Position numbers and translations under genes: made by a program
Notes under the pieces: model-generated
Told to the model about the DNA's origin: nothing
What the model saw: only the letters and a program-made list of their open reading frames with translations
Database searches by the model: none
Assembly (NCBI GenBank): GCA_043745015.1
Contig: JAYTUA010000096.1
Span: forward strand, 3,304 to 67,303
Direction: 5' to 3'
Source: Opitutaceae bacterium
Lineage (GTDB): Bacteria; Verrucomicrobiota; Verrucomicrobiia; Opitutales; Opitutaceae
DNA: 64,000 nt
Shown: positions 9,966 through 18,662 of the stretch, in pieces
Layout of the letters: every line of letters begins with the position of its first letter
Position numbering within the stretch: position 1 is the first letter of the stretch

Positions 9966-9971
9966 ATATTT

Positions 9972-10325
9972 ATGCGCCTGACCCTGCTTAAGTCCAAACT
10001 ACACCGCGCAACCGTCACGGCGGCGGATCTGCATTACGAAGGCTCGGTGGCGATCGCGCCGGAGCTGCGCCGGGCGGCGGGCTTCCTCCTGCACGAGCGG
10101 GTGGAGATCTACAACTGCAACAACGGCGAACGCTTCGCGACCTACGTCATTGGTGGGCGGAAGCGCGGCGAGATCATGGTCAACGGCGCGGCGGCCCGGC
10201 TGGTGCAGCCGGGCGACGAGGTCATCATTGCGGCCTACGCTGATTTTGAACCGGCCGAGGCGGAACAGCACCAGCCCGTGGTGGTGTTGCTCGACAAGAA
10301 GAACCGGCCAAAGCGGAAACGCTGA
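9972..10325 (+). CDS. panD: aspartate 1-decarboxylase proenzyme
   Basis: KSKLHRATVT.ADLHYEGS (G|S cleavage site), NGERFATYVI, NGAAARL. Confidence 0.96.
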   Translation: MRLTLLKSKLHRATVTAADLHYEGSVAIAPELRRAAGFLLHERVEIYNCNNGERFATYVIGGRKRGEIMVNGAAARLVQPGDEVIIAAYADFEPAEAEQHQPVVVLLDKKNRPKRKR

Positions 10326-10337
10326 GGGTGGTTCGAT

Positions 10338-10419
10338 CTGTGGGAGCGAAGGGCGACGAACTGGTGCTAGGCTGAGTCCTTTGTAACGTATTATATTACA
10401 AACCCGCTTGGTCCCACAG
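10338..10419. repeat. GTGG-type REP-like inverted pair enclosing an AT-rich palindrome
   Basis: ctgtggga (10338-45) / tcccacag (10412-19), with internal tttgtaa-cgtattata-ttacaaa (10380-10402). Confidence 0.6.
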
Positions 10420-10479
10420 TCTGGACCGGCAGGCATTTCTCCTTTGCCTCAAGGCGGCTTTGCGTGAGTCTGCCCACGC

Positions 10480-11379
10480 ATGTCCGCCGAGCCCATCCGT
10501 TATTTCCACCGTGCCAAGCAGACCGTCGAGACCGAGCAGGTCTATGGCGAGGGCTGGCTGCGCTGGACCTATGGCAATCCGCTGGGCCGCCTGTCGCTGG
10601 AACTGCTCGTGAAGCGTTCGCTGGCTTCGGCCTATTACGGCTGGAAAATGAACTGGCGGGCGAGTGCGAACAAGGTCCTGCCCTTTATCACGGATTACGA
10701 CCTCGACGTGGATGAGTTCGCCAAGAGCCCGTTCGTTTTCAAAACCTTCAATGACTTCTTCTATCGCGCCCTGAAATCAGGCGCCCGGCCCGTCGCGGCG
10801 GGAGACCATGTCGCCGTGCTGCCGGCGGACGGACGGCACCTCGCCTTTCAGAACGTGGACGCAGCGGCGGGCTTCTACGCCAAGGGCCAACACTTCGATC
10901 TCGCCGCGTTCCTCGGTGACGCGGACTTGGCGGCGAAGTTTGCCGGTGGCTCGATGCTCATCTCGCGGCTGTGTCCGGTGGACTACCACCGGTTTCATTT
11001 CCCCGTGGCGGGCACGGCCGGCGAGCCGCGGCTGATCAACGGCTTCCTGTATTCGGTGTCGCCCATCGCGCTGCGCCGGAACCTCGGCTACCTGTGGCAG
11101 AACAAGCGGATGATAACCCTCGTGGACTCGCCGGCCTTTGGGCAGGTCGCGGTTTGCGAGATCGGGGCGACGATGGTGGGGAGCATATTCCAGACTTTCA
11201 TCCCCGGCCGGGCCGTGGCCAAAGGCGAGGAGAAGGGCCTGTTCAAGTTCGGCGGATCGTGCGTCGTGACGCTGTTCCAGCCCGGCAAGATCAAGCTCGA
11301 TGCCGACCTCGTGCAGCATAGCGCCGAGGGTCTCGAGGTTTACGCCCGGATGGGCGAACGGCTCGGTGTGGCCTCGTAA
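10480..11379 (+). CDS. psd: phosphatidylserine decarboxylase proenzyme
   Basis: FNDFFYRALK..ARP, PADG, RLCPVDYHRFHFP, KGEEKG.FKFGGS (self-cleavage GGS). Confidence 0.92.
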   Translation: MSAEPIRYFHRAKQTVETEQVYGEGWLRWTYGNPLGRLSLELLVKRSLASAYYGWKMNWRASANKVLPFITDYDLDVDEFAKSPFVFKTFNDFFYRALKSGARPVAAGDHVAVLPADGRHLAFQNVDAAAGFYAKGQHFDLAAFLGDADLAAKFAGGSMLISRLCPVDYHRFHFPVAGTAGEPRLINGFLYSVSPIALRRNLGYLWQNKRMITLVDSPAFGQVAVCEIGATMVGSIFQTFIPGRAVAKGEEKGLFKFGGSCVVTLFQPGKIKLDADLVQHSAEGLEVYARMGERLGVAS

Positions 11380-11406
11380 GGCTTTCCAATTCCTTAAGAC
11401 AACAAT

Positions 11407-11495
11407 CAACCACGGATTACACAGATGAGCACGGATAAATACCACCTGACTTGGTTTTGCATCTATCCGTGTCTATCCGTGCAATCCGTGGCAAA
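11407..11495. repeat. palindromic ccacggat/atccgtgg nonamer-array repeat
   Basis: aaccacggattacacagatgagcacggat ... atccgtgtctatccgtgcaatccgtgg; same family at 22216-22445, 29424-29525, 33484-33513 and 43025-43120. Confidence 0.75.
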
Positions 11496-13065
11496 ATTAT
11501 TCTGCCAAGTTATCCTCGTGGGCTATGCGAGTCTCGTGTTTGCGGGTGCGGCCGAGCCGGTGTTCAAATTTTCCGAAGCTACGATTGCCGACCTGCAGGA
11601 GCAGATGAAATCCGGCAAACTGACCTCCTCCGCCCTGACCGCCGCCTACCTCGCCCGCATTGCCGAGGTGGACCAGGCGGGACCGAAGCTCAACACCATC
11701 ATCGAGCTCAATCCCGAAGCACTCGCCATCGCCCGGCAACTAGATGCCGAGCGCAAGGCCGGCCACGTGCGCGGGCCGTTGCACGGCATCCCGGTCCTGA
11801 TCAAGGACAACATCGCCACGGCCGACCAGATGGAGACGACGGCCGGTTCGCTGGCGCTGGTCGGGGCACGGCCGCCGCGTGATGCGGCCATCGTCGCGCA
11901 GCTGCGGGCGGCGGGCGCCGTCATTCTGGGCAAGACCAACCTCAGCGAGTGGGCGAATTTCCGCGGGGAGAAATCCATCAGCGGCTGGAGCGGCCGGGGC
12001 GGGCAGACGCACAACCCCTACGCGCTCGACCGCAACACCTCGGGCTCGAGCTCCGGCTCGGCGGCGGCGGTAACAGCCAATCTCTGCGTCGTGGCGGTGG
12101 GCAGCGAGACCGACGGGTCGATCGTTTCGCCGGCCTCGGTCTGCGGGCTCGTGGGGATCAAGCCGACCGTCGGCCTCGTGGGCCGCACCGGCATCATTCC
12201 CATTTCCGTCTCGCAGGACACGGCCGGGCCGATGGCCCGTACCGTGCGCGATGCCGCGCTGTTGCTGGAGGCCATGGCGGGCAGCGATCCCATGGATGCG
12301 GCCTCGCTGACCCGTCCGGCGGGATTGGTCACCGAGTATGCCGCCCGCTTGAAAGCGGGGGCGCTGAAGGGTGCGCGGCTCGGCGTGATCCGCGGACCCT
12401 TTGGGTTGGATGCCCGGCTGAAGCCGATCCTTGACGCGGCCATTGAGAAAATGAAAGCGGCGGGCGCCGAGGTCGTGGACCTCGGGGACTTTCCCGATTT
12501 CAACAAGACCAATGATCCCGAGATGGAAGTGTTGCTCTATGAATACAAGGACGGGCTCAACGCCTACTTCGCGACCCTCGGGCCGGCGTCGCCGATCAAG
12601 TCGGTGGCGGATGTCATCGCCTTCAACCGGGCGCATGCGGCGCAGGAGCTGCCATACTTTGGTCAGGAGTTGCTTGAGCGCGCGCAGGCGAAGGGACCGC
12701 TGACGGAGCAGGCTTATCTGGAGGCCCGGGCCACCTGCCTGAAAGTCACCCGCACCGAGGGGATCGACGCCTTGCTGGCCAAGAACAAACTTGATGCGCT
12801 GGTGAGCCTCACCAACGGCACCGCGTGGTTGATCGACCCGGTGAACGGTGATGCCTACACGGGCGGCAGTTCGTCACCGGCCGCCGTGGCGGGCTACCCC
12901 AGTGTCACGGTGCCGGCGGGGGATTACCGCGGGTTACCCGTGGGGATCTCGTTCTATGGGGCCGCCTGGACTGAGGCGCGACTGCTGGCCTTGGCGGCCG
13001 ATTTCGAGGCACTCGCTCAGGCGCGCCGCGCGCCCGAGTTTCCCGTCACGGTCAATTTGAAGTAG
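11425..13065 (+). CDS. amidase signature (AS) family enzyme, probably exported; start uncertain
   Basis: GPLHGIPVLIKDNI, GKTNLSEW, GSSSGS, GSETDGSIVSPAS (Ser-cisSer-Lys triad); hydrophobic N-terminus ending AGA-AE. Confidence 0.9.
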   Translation: MSTDKYHLTWFCIYPCLSVQSVAKLFCQVILVGYASLVFAGAAEPVFKFSEATIADLQEQMKSGKLTSSALTAAYLARIAEVDQAGPKLNTIIELNPEALAIARQLDAERKAGHVRGPLHGIPVLIKDNIATADQMETTAGSLALVGARPPRDAAIVAQLRAAGAVILGKTNLSEWANFRGEKSISGWSGRGGQTHNPYALDRNTSGSSSGSAAAVTANLCVVAVGSETDGSIVSPASVCGLVGIKPTVGLVGRTGIIPISVSQDTAGPMARTVRDAALLLEAMAGSDPMDAASLTRPAGLVTEYAARLKAGALKGARLGVIRGPFGLDARLKPILDAAIEKMKAAGAEVVDLGDFPDFNKTNDPEMEVLLYEYKDGLNAYFATLGPASPIKSVADVIAFNRAHAAQELPYFGQELLERAQAKGPLTEQAYLEARATCLKVTRTEGIDALLAKNKLDALVSLTNGTAWLIDPVNGDAYTGGSSSPAAVAGYPSVTVPAGDYRGLPVGISFYGAAWTEARLLALAADFEALAQARRAPEFPVTVNLK

Positions 13066-13114
13066 CGCTTGCCCCCCAATCGAAAATCGGGAATCTGAAT
13101 TTGAAAATTCCTTC

Positions 13115-13199
13115 GCCCGGGTGGTGGAATTGGCAGACACAAGGGTCTTAGAAGCCCTCGCCGCAAGGCTTACAGGTTCGAGTCCTGTCCCGGGCACCA
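13115..13199 (+). tRNA. tRNA-Leu(TAG)
   Basis: Acceptor stem gcccggg/cccgggc, D-loop GGAATTGGCAGAC, anticodon arm agggt-CTTAGAA-gccct, long variable arm, T-loop GTTCGAGTC, encoded CCA. Confidence 0.96.
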
Positions 13200-13334
13200 G
13201 CCTCCGCCGAGCCTACGGCTGGCAGGTCAGCTACGCCGGAGAAAGGCGTATGGGTCAAATTACGGCTGGGTTGTGGAGGTAATGGTCGGCCTGTTTCTTG
13301 ACTCCAGTCGGCCAGAAACGACTGTAATCCCTGC

Positions 13335-14555
13335 ATGGGTGAAACGAGCAATGCTCCGACTGCAAAATCCACCGCCGAGACGACGGTGCTGAACATTCTG
13401 CTGGCGCTCAGCCTGTCGCATCTGCTCAACGACACGATCCAGTCGCTCATCCCGGCGATCTATCCGGTGCTGAAGGATTCGTTCCGGCTCAGCTACGCGC
13501 AGATCGGGCTGATCACCTTTGTCTTTCAGATGACGGGCTCGCTGCTCCAGCCGCTCGTCGGTTACTACACCGACCGGCGCCCCAAACCCTATTCACTGGC
13601 CGTGGGCATGGGCGTGACGCTCACCGGGCTGGTGCTGCTGTCGCGCGCCGGCAGTTTTCCCGCGATCCTCATGGCCGCAGCCATGGTGGGCATGGGCTCG
13701 GCGGTCTTTCACCCCGAGGCCTCGCGGGTGGCGCGGCTGGCCTCGGGCGGGCGGCACGGGTTTGCGCAGTCACTTTTCCAAGTGGGCGGCAACCTGGGCT
13801 CGTCGTTCGGACCGCTGCTGGCCGCACTCGTCGTGGTGCCGCACGGGCAGGGCTCGATCCTGTGGTTCTCGGTGATCGCGTTGCTGGGCATCTTCGTGCT
13901 CACCAAGGTGGGCAGCTGGTATCAGCAGCACCTCAATGACCGGGCGAAGAATGGCGCGAAGCACGACGCGCCCCACGTAGTGCTTTCGCGCGGCCGCGTG
14001 GTTGCCGCGCTGGCCGTCCTCGTCGTGCTCATCTTCTCGAAATACATCTACCTGGTCAGCCTGAGCAATTACTACACGTTCTACCTCATGAACCGGTTCG
14101 GGCTGACCGTGCAGGGGTCGCAGTATGCGCTGTTCGTATTCCTGTTCGCCGTGGCGGCGGGCACGATCATCGGTGGTCCGGTGGGGGACCGCATCGGCCG
14201 CAAGCGCGTGATCTGGATTTCCATCCTCGGGGTCGCGCCCTTCTCGCTGCTGCTGCCCCACGTGAACCTGCCGCTGGCGGTGGTGCTCACCGTCTTCATC
14301 GGCCTGATCATGGCGTCGGCTTTCTCCGCCATCATTGTCTATGCGCAGGAACTGGTGCCGGGCAACGTGGGCCTGATCGCCGGCCTGTTCTTTGGGCTGG
14401 CTTTTGGCGCGGCGGGCATCGGCTCGGCCCTGCTCGGCTGGCTGGCCGACCGCACGAGCATCGGGTTCGTGTTCCAAGTCTGTGCCTACCTGCCATTGAT
14501 CGGGCTGCTGACGGGATTATTGCCCGAGGTGGAGCCGCCCCGCCGCCGGGCCTAG
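13335..14555 (+). CDS. fsr: MFS transporter, fosmidomycin-resistance (Fsr) family
   Basis: SHLLNDTIQSLIPAIYP, FHPEASRVARLASGGRHG.AQSLFQVGGN, GG..GDRIGRK; about 12 TM helices. Confidence 0.88.
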   Translation: MGETSNAPTAKSTAETTVLNILLALSLSHLLNDTIQSLIPAIYPVLKDSFRLSYAQIGLITFVFQMTGSLLQPLVGYYTDRRPKPYSLAVGMGVTLTGLVLLSRAGSFPAILMAAAMVGMGSAVFHPEASRVARLASGGRHGFAQSLFQVGGNLGSSFGPLLAALVVVPHGQGSILWFSVIALLGIFVLTKVGSWYQQHLNDRAKNGAKHDAPHVVLSRGRVVAALAVLVVLIFSKYIYLVSLSNYYTFYLMNRFGLTVQGSQYALFVFLFAVAAGTIIGGPVGDRIGRKRVIWISILGVAPFSLLLPHVNLPLAVVLTVFIGLIMASAFSAIIVYAQELVPGNVGLIAGLFFGLAFGAAGIGSALLGWLADRTSIGFVFQVCAYLPLIGLLTGLLPEVEPPRRRA

Positions 14556-14713
14556 GCGGTTCTTGTCCGGGTGATGCAATCTTCGGGAGGCTAATGCCAA
14601 GATCTGCGCAGCCGCCCGGGCGGGTCTCTGCGATGATGGGGTGAGGCCGGTCCATGCCGGGCCGGGCTCCACGCCCCTGTTTGCCACGCCTTACGCCTGA
14701 ACCCCGCCGCCCC

Positions 14714-15706
14714 ATGAAACTCACGACAAATTACCTCGGTCTCGAACTCCGCAATCCCCTGGTGGTCGGCGCGTCGCCGTACTGCGACAACATTGATGCT
14801 GCCAGCCGGCTCGAGGACGCCGGGGCCGGCGCGATTGTCATGCGCTCGCTCTTCGAGGAACAGATCGACTATGAGCAGCGCGCCCGGTCGTTCCTGCTCG
14901 ACACGCCCGGGGAAAGCTTTCCCGCGGCCAAATCCTTTTTCCCCGGGTTCACCGAATACCAGCTGACGCCCGATCGCTACCTGCGCCAGCTCGTCCACCT
15001 GAAGAGCACCCTGAAGATACCCGTCATCGCCTCGCTCAACGGGCACCGGCCGGGCGGCTGGACCGATTACGCCCGGCGGCTCGAGCAGGCCGGCGCCGAT
15101 GCCATCGAGCTGAACCTCTACCAGCTGGCCACCGATCCACGGATCACCGGCCACGAGATCGAGCAGGGCATGCGCGACACGGTGCGGGATGTGGTGAGCA
15201 CGGTGCAGATCCCCGTGGCGGTGAAGATCTCGACGTTCCACACCGCGCCCGCGCAGTTTGCCCTTTCGCTGGAGGAGGCCGGGGCGAAGGGCGTGGTGCT
15301 GTTCAACCGTTTCTATCAGCCTGATTTCAACCTTGAGGACCTCGGGGTCACCCCGCACCTGCGCCTGTCCGATTCCAGCGAGCTGCTGCTGCGGCTCCGC
15401 TGGCTGGCCGTACTGTCGCCGCACCTGCGCGGCTCGCTGGCCTGCAGCGGCGGGGTGCACCACAAGGAGGATGTCATCAAGGCCTTGCTGGCCGGGGCGC
15501 ACACGGTGCAGCTGGTTTCCGTGCTGCTGAAGCAGGGCCCGCAGGTGCTGACGATGTTGCTGGAGGGCCTGCGGCGCTGGATGGACGAGCACGACTACAC
15601 TGACATCAATGAGCTGCGTGGCACCTTGAACCTGAAGCGTTGTCCCGACCCGGCGGCCCACGAGCGCGCCGACTACATCCGCATCTTGCAGAGCTGGCGG
15701 GCCTAG
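14714..15706 (+). CDS. dihydroorotate dehydrogenase-like FMN protein (DHOD_like)
   Basis: MKLTTNYLGLELRNPLVVGASP, SLFEEQI, PVIASLNG, ELNLY, LFNRFYQPD, SGGVH. Confidence 0.88.
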   Translation: MKLTTNYLGLELRNPLVVGASPYCDNIDAASRLEDAGAGAIVMRSLFEEQIDYEQRARSFLLDTPGESFPAAKSFFPGFTEYQLTPDRYLRQLVHLKSTLKIPVIASLNGHRPGGWTDYARRLEQAGADAIELNLYQLATDPRITGHEIEQGMRDTVRDVVSTVQIPVAVKISTFHTAPAQFALSLEEAGAKGVVLFNRFYQPDFNLEDLGVTPHLRLSDSSELLLRLRWLAVLSPHLRGSLACSGGVHHKEDVIKALLAGAHTVQLVSVLLKQGPQVLTMLLEGLRRWMDEHDYTDINELRGTLNLKRCPDPAAHERADYIRILQSWRA

Positions 15707-17166
15707 AACAGTCCCAGCAGCAACGAGGGCATCAAACCGAGCAGCACAATCAGGCCGGCGGTGATGAGCAGGGCGATCGCCGCGGGGGCGGGCACCCGGA
15801 CCGGAGCCGCACCGGCCGCCTGAGCGGCGACCAGCGCCTGCTTCAGGATGAGCAGATAGTAATAGAGCGCCACGGCGCTGAGGGCGATCGCGGCCAGGGC
15901 CAGCCAGCCGGCCGGGCCGGCTAGGCCGCCCAGTTGCAGCACGGAGGCGAAGACGGCGAATTTGCCGAAGAATCCCGCGAGCGGCGGAATGCCCGCCAGC
16001 GAAAGGACAAAGACGGCGAGACAGCCGGCCAGCAGCGGCGAGCGCCGGTGCAATCCGGCCAAGTCAGTGAGCTGCTGGACCGGACCGACAGACTCCAGCG
16101 CGGCGATGACGCCGAACGCGCCAACGGTTGCGAGCCCGTAGGTGGCCGCGTAGTAGAACAACGGGCCCGGGCCGACGCGGCCGGCGGTGATGACCCCGAG
16201 CAGCAGCGCACCGGCGTGCGCGATGGCGGAGTAGGCGAGCAGACGCCGCACATTGGACTGGGCCAGCGCGCCGATATTGCCGAGGAGCAGCGAGGCGCCG
16301 GCGAGGAGGGCGACGACCGGGGCCCAGCCGACGGTCACCGGCAGGTGGGCGATCGTGCCGGCGGCCCCGCCGAGGCCGGGCCAGAGCAGACGCGTGAAGA
16401 GCACGAGGCCGGCGAGCTTGGAAGCCGAGGCGATGAGCGCGGCGGCCGGGGCCGGTGCGCCTTGGTAGACGTCGGGGGCCCAGAGATGGAAGGGGGCGGC
16501 GGCGGCCTTGAAACCGAACGCCACCAGCACCATCACCAGCGCGACGATCAGCAACGGGGACTGGCCCTGCACCGAGAGGTGCGTCGCGATCTGCCCGAGG
16601 TTGATCGAGCCGGTGAGCCCGTAGAGCAGACTGAAGCCGAAAAGCAAAAAGGCGGCGGCCATGCCGCCGAAGAGAAAATACTTCAGGCCCGCCTCGGCCG
16701 ACTCGGGGTTGGTTTTGTCAAAGCCCGCCAGCACGTAGAGCGACAGGCTGGCCAGCTCCAGCGCGAGAAAGGCGATCAGGAGATTGTTGGCGGCGGCCAT
16801 CAGGGTGAACCCCGTGGTGGCGAACAGGAGAATGGCGGTGAACTCGGCGGGATGGCGCAGTCGCGCGGAATTTGGCAGCAGGGCCAGCGCGAGGGCCGCG
16901 AGCAGAATGACGGCGGCCCGCGTGGCGACGGCGAGCTGGTCGAGCATGAACATCCCGTCGTAAATCCGGCCGGTCGCGCCGAACTTGACGGCTTCGTATC
17001 CCGCCATGCCGAGGGCGATGGTCCCGAGCAGGAGGGCGACATGATGGCGGTTGGCCGGCCGGTGCCGCGCCCAGACCATGTCGAAAATGAGCACGAGCAA
17101 GGCGCCGATCACCAGATGCGTCTCGGGGCGCAGCGCGCGGAAAAGTCCGGCATAGTCGGCGTTCAT
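15703..17166 (-). CDS. nuoN: NADH-quinone oxidoreductase subunit N
   Basis: ALELASLSLY, EAGLKYF, FKAAAAPFHLWAPDVYQGAP, RLLAYSAIAHAG, SLAGIPPLAGFFGKF. Confidence 0.93.
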   Translation of the reverse strand: MNADYAGLFRALRPETHLVIGALLVLIFDMVWARHRPANRHHVALLLGTIALGMAGYEAVKFGATGRIYDGMFMLDQLAVATRAAVILLAALALALLPNSARLRHPAEFTAILLFATTGFTLMAAANNLLIAFLALELASLSLYVLAGFDKTNPESAEAGLKYFLFGGMAAAFLLFGFSLLYGLTGSINLGQIATHLSVQGQSPLLIVALVMVLVAFGFKAAAAPFHLWAPDVYQGAPAPAAALIASASKLAGLVLFTRLLWPGLGGAAGTIAHLPVTVGWAPVVALLAGASLLLGNIGALAQSNVRRLLAYSAIAHAGALLLGVITAGRVGPGPLFYYAATYGLATVGAFGVIAALESVGPVQQLTDLAGLHRRSPLLAGCLAVFVLSLAGIPPLAGFFGKFAVFASVLQLGGLAGPAGWLALAAIALSAVALYYYLLILKQALVAAQAAGAAPVRVPAPAAIALLITAGLIVLLGLMPSLLLGLF

Positions 17167-18662
17167 GAGGCACCTCCGTTGAGGATGGCGTGGAAGTAGG
17201 GCGATTGCAGTGCGGGCCGGATCCAGTCCAGCAGCGTGTCGGGGCTCAGCCCGAGGTAGATGGTCGCACCCAGCAGCAGCAGGGCGCCGGCCTTTTCCGG
17301 CCAGGTGATTGGGGCCAGCGGCTCCAGCGGGGTGACGCAGATGTCGGGTCCGGTCCGGCCGAAGAACGAGACCTGGATGGCGCGCAACGTGAAGGCGGCG
17401 GCGACGAGCACGCCGGTGGCGGCGGCGAGGGCCCAGAGCGGGCGGGTCTGCCAGGTGCCGATGAGGATCGTCAGCTCGGCCGGGAAACCGCTGAAGCCGG
17501 GCAGGCCCATCGACGCCAGGCCGGCGAGAACGAAGACGACGGCGGGAAACGGCAGCAACCGGTGCAGCGGCAGGGCGCGCAGGTCGGCCAGCTGCCGGGT
17601 GTGCGTGCGTTCATAGACCATGCGGCCGACCACGGCGAAGAGCAGGCTGGCGATGACGCCGTGCGAGAACATCTGGAACACCGCGCCGCTGACGGCGGTG
17701 GCGTTGGCCGCCGCGAGGCCGAGCAGGATAAAGCCCATGTGGCTCACGCTGGAGTAGCCGATCACGAACTTGAAGTCCGCCTGCACGAGAGCGACCAGGC
17801 CGGCATAGATGATGCCGATGACGGCGAGCCACGCGATGCCCGGCTGCAGCAGGGCGAAAGCGGCGGGTGACAGCGGCAGGGCCACGCGCAGGCAGCCATA
17901 GGCGCCGAGCTTCATCACCACGCCCGCCAGCAGCATCGAGGCGGCGGTGGGCGCGGCGACGTGTCCGGTCGGCGCCCAGGTGTGGAGCGGGAACATGCCC
18001 GCCAGCGTCGCGAAGCCGAGGAAGACGAGCGCGAAGATGCCGGTCTGCTGGGTCAGGTCGAGCCGGCCGGTGGCGGCGACCAGCTCGGGCAGGCCGAAGC
18101 CGGCGGCATGGCCCGCGGCGTAGGCCCAGAGCAGGCCCGCCAGCACGAGGGCGCTGCCGGCGAAGGAATAAAGCACGAGTTTCATCGCCCCGTATTCGCG
18201 GTTGGTGGAGCCCCAGTTCGCGATGAGGAAATACTTCGGGACGATCGCGATCTCGTAGAAGACGAAGAACAGGAACGCATCGGCGCTGAGGAACACACCA
18301 TAGACGCCGCCGATCAGCGTGAGGTAGAGCGCGAAGAATTCGCCCGTGCGCTCGGTGATGTTCCAGGAGAACAGCACGCCCGCCGTCGCGGCGAGGCCGG
18401 TGAGGACGAGGAGGGTCAAGCTGATGCCGTCGACCGCGAGATGGTAGCGGATGCCGAACTCGGGGATCCAGGGCGCGTTGACGAGTTCCTGCAGTCCGGC
18501 AGCAGGGACAAAGTCCGCGGCGGCGGAAAGAGTGAGGCCCCAGGCCGTCAGGGCCGTGAGCAGCGCCACGTTCCGGGCCGCCCGGGCCGAGCGTGATCCG
18601 ACCGCCAGCGCGAGGAGGGCGCCGGTGAACGACACGTAGATGGTGCAGGACAGGGCGTTCAT
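17163..18662 (-). CDS. nuoM: NADH-quinone oxidoreductase subunit M, second (divergent) copy
   Basis: YHLAVDGIS, FFVFYEI, FPLHTWAPTGH..APTAASMLLAGVVMKLGAYG, YSSVSHMG, ASMGLPGFSGFPAE; ATG at 18662 overlaps the upstream stop. Confidence 0.9.
   Translation of the reverse strand: MNALSCTIYVSFTGALLALAVGSRSARAARNVALLTALTAWGLTLSAAADFVPAAGLQELVNAPWIPEFGIRYHLAVDGISLTLLVLTGLAATAGVLFSWNITERTGEFFALYLTLIGGVYGVFLSADAFLFFVFYEIAIVPKYFLIANWGSTNREYGAMKLVLYSFAGSALVLAGLLWAYAAGHAAGFGLPELVAATGRLDLTQQTGIFALVFLGFATLAGMFPLHTWAPTGHVAAPTAASMLLAGVVMKLGAYGCLRVALPLSPAAFALLQPGIAWLAVIGIIYAGLVALVQADFKFVIGYSSVSHMGFILLGLAAANATAVSGAVFQMFSHGVIASLLFAVVGRMVYERTHTRQLADLRALPLHRLLPFPAVVFVLAGLASMGLPGFSGFPAELTILIGTWQTRPLWALAAATGVLVAAAFTLRAIQVSFFGRTGPDICVTPLEPLAPITWPEKAGALLLLGATIYLGLSPDTLLDWIRPALQSPYFHAILNGGAS

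Noticed and set aside
10380-10402. dif (XerCD) site
   Set aside because: It does not match the 28-bp dif layout and lacks the TTATGTTAAA XerD arm.
13115-14555. tRNA-Leu as a genomic-island attachment site
   Set aside because: No integrase and no duplicated tRNA 3' end were seen; the downstream genes have host-like composition.
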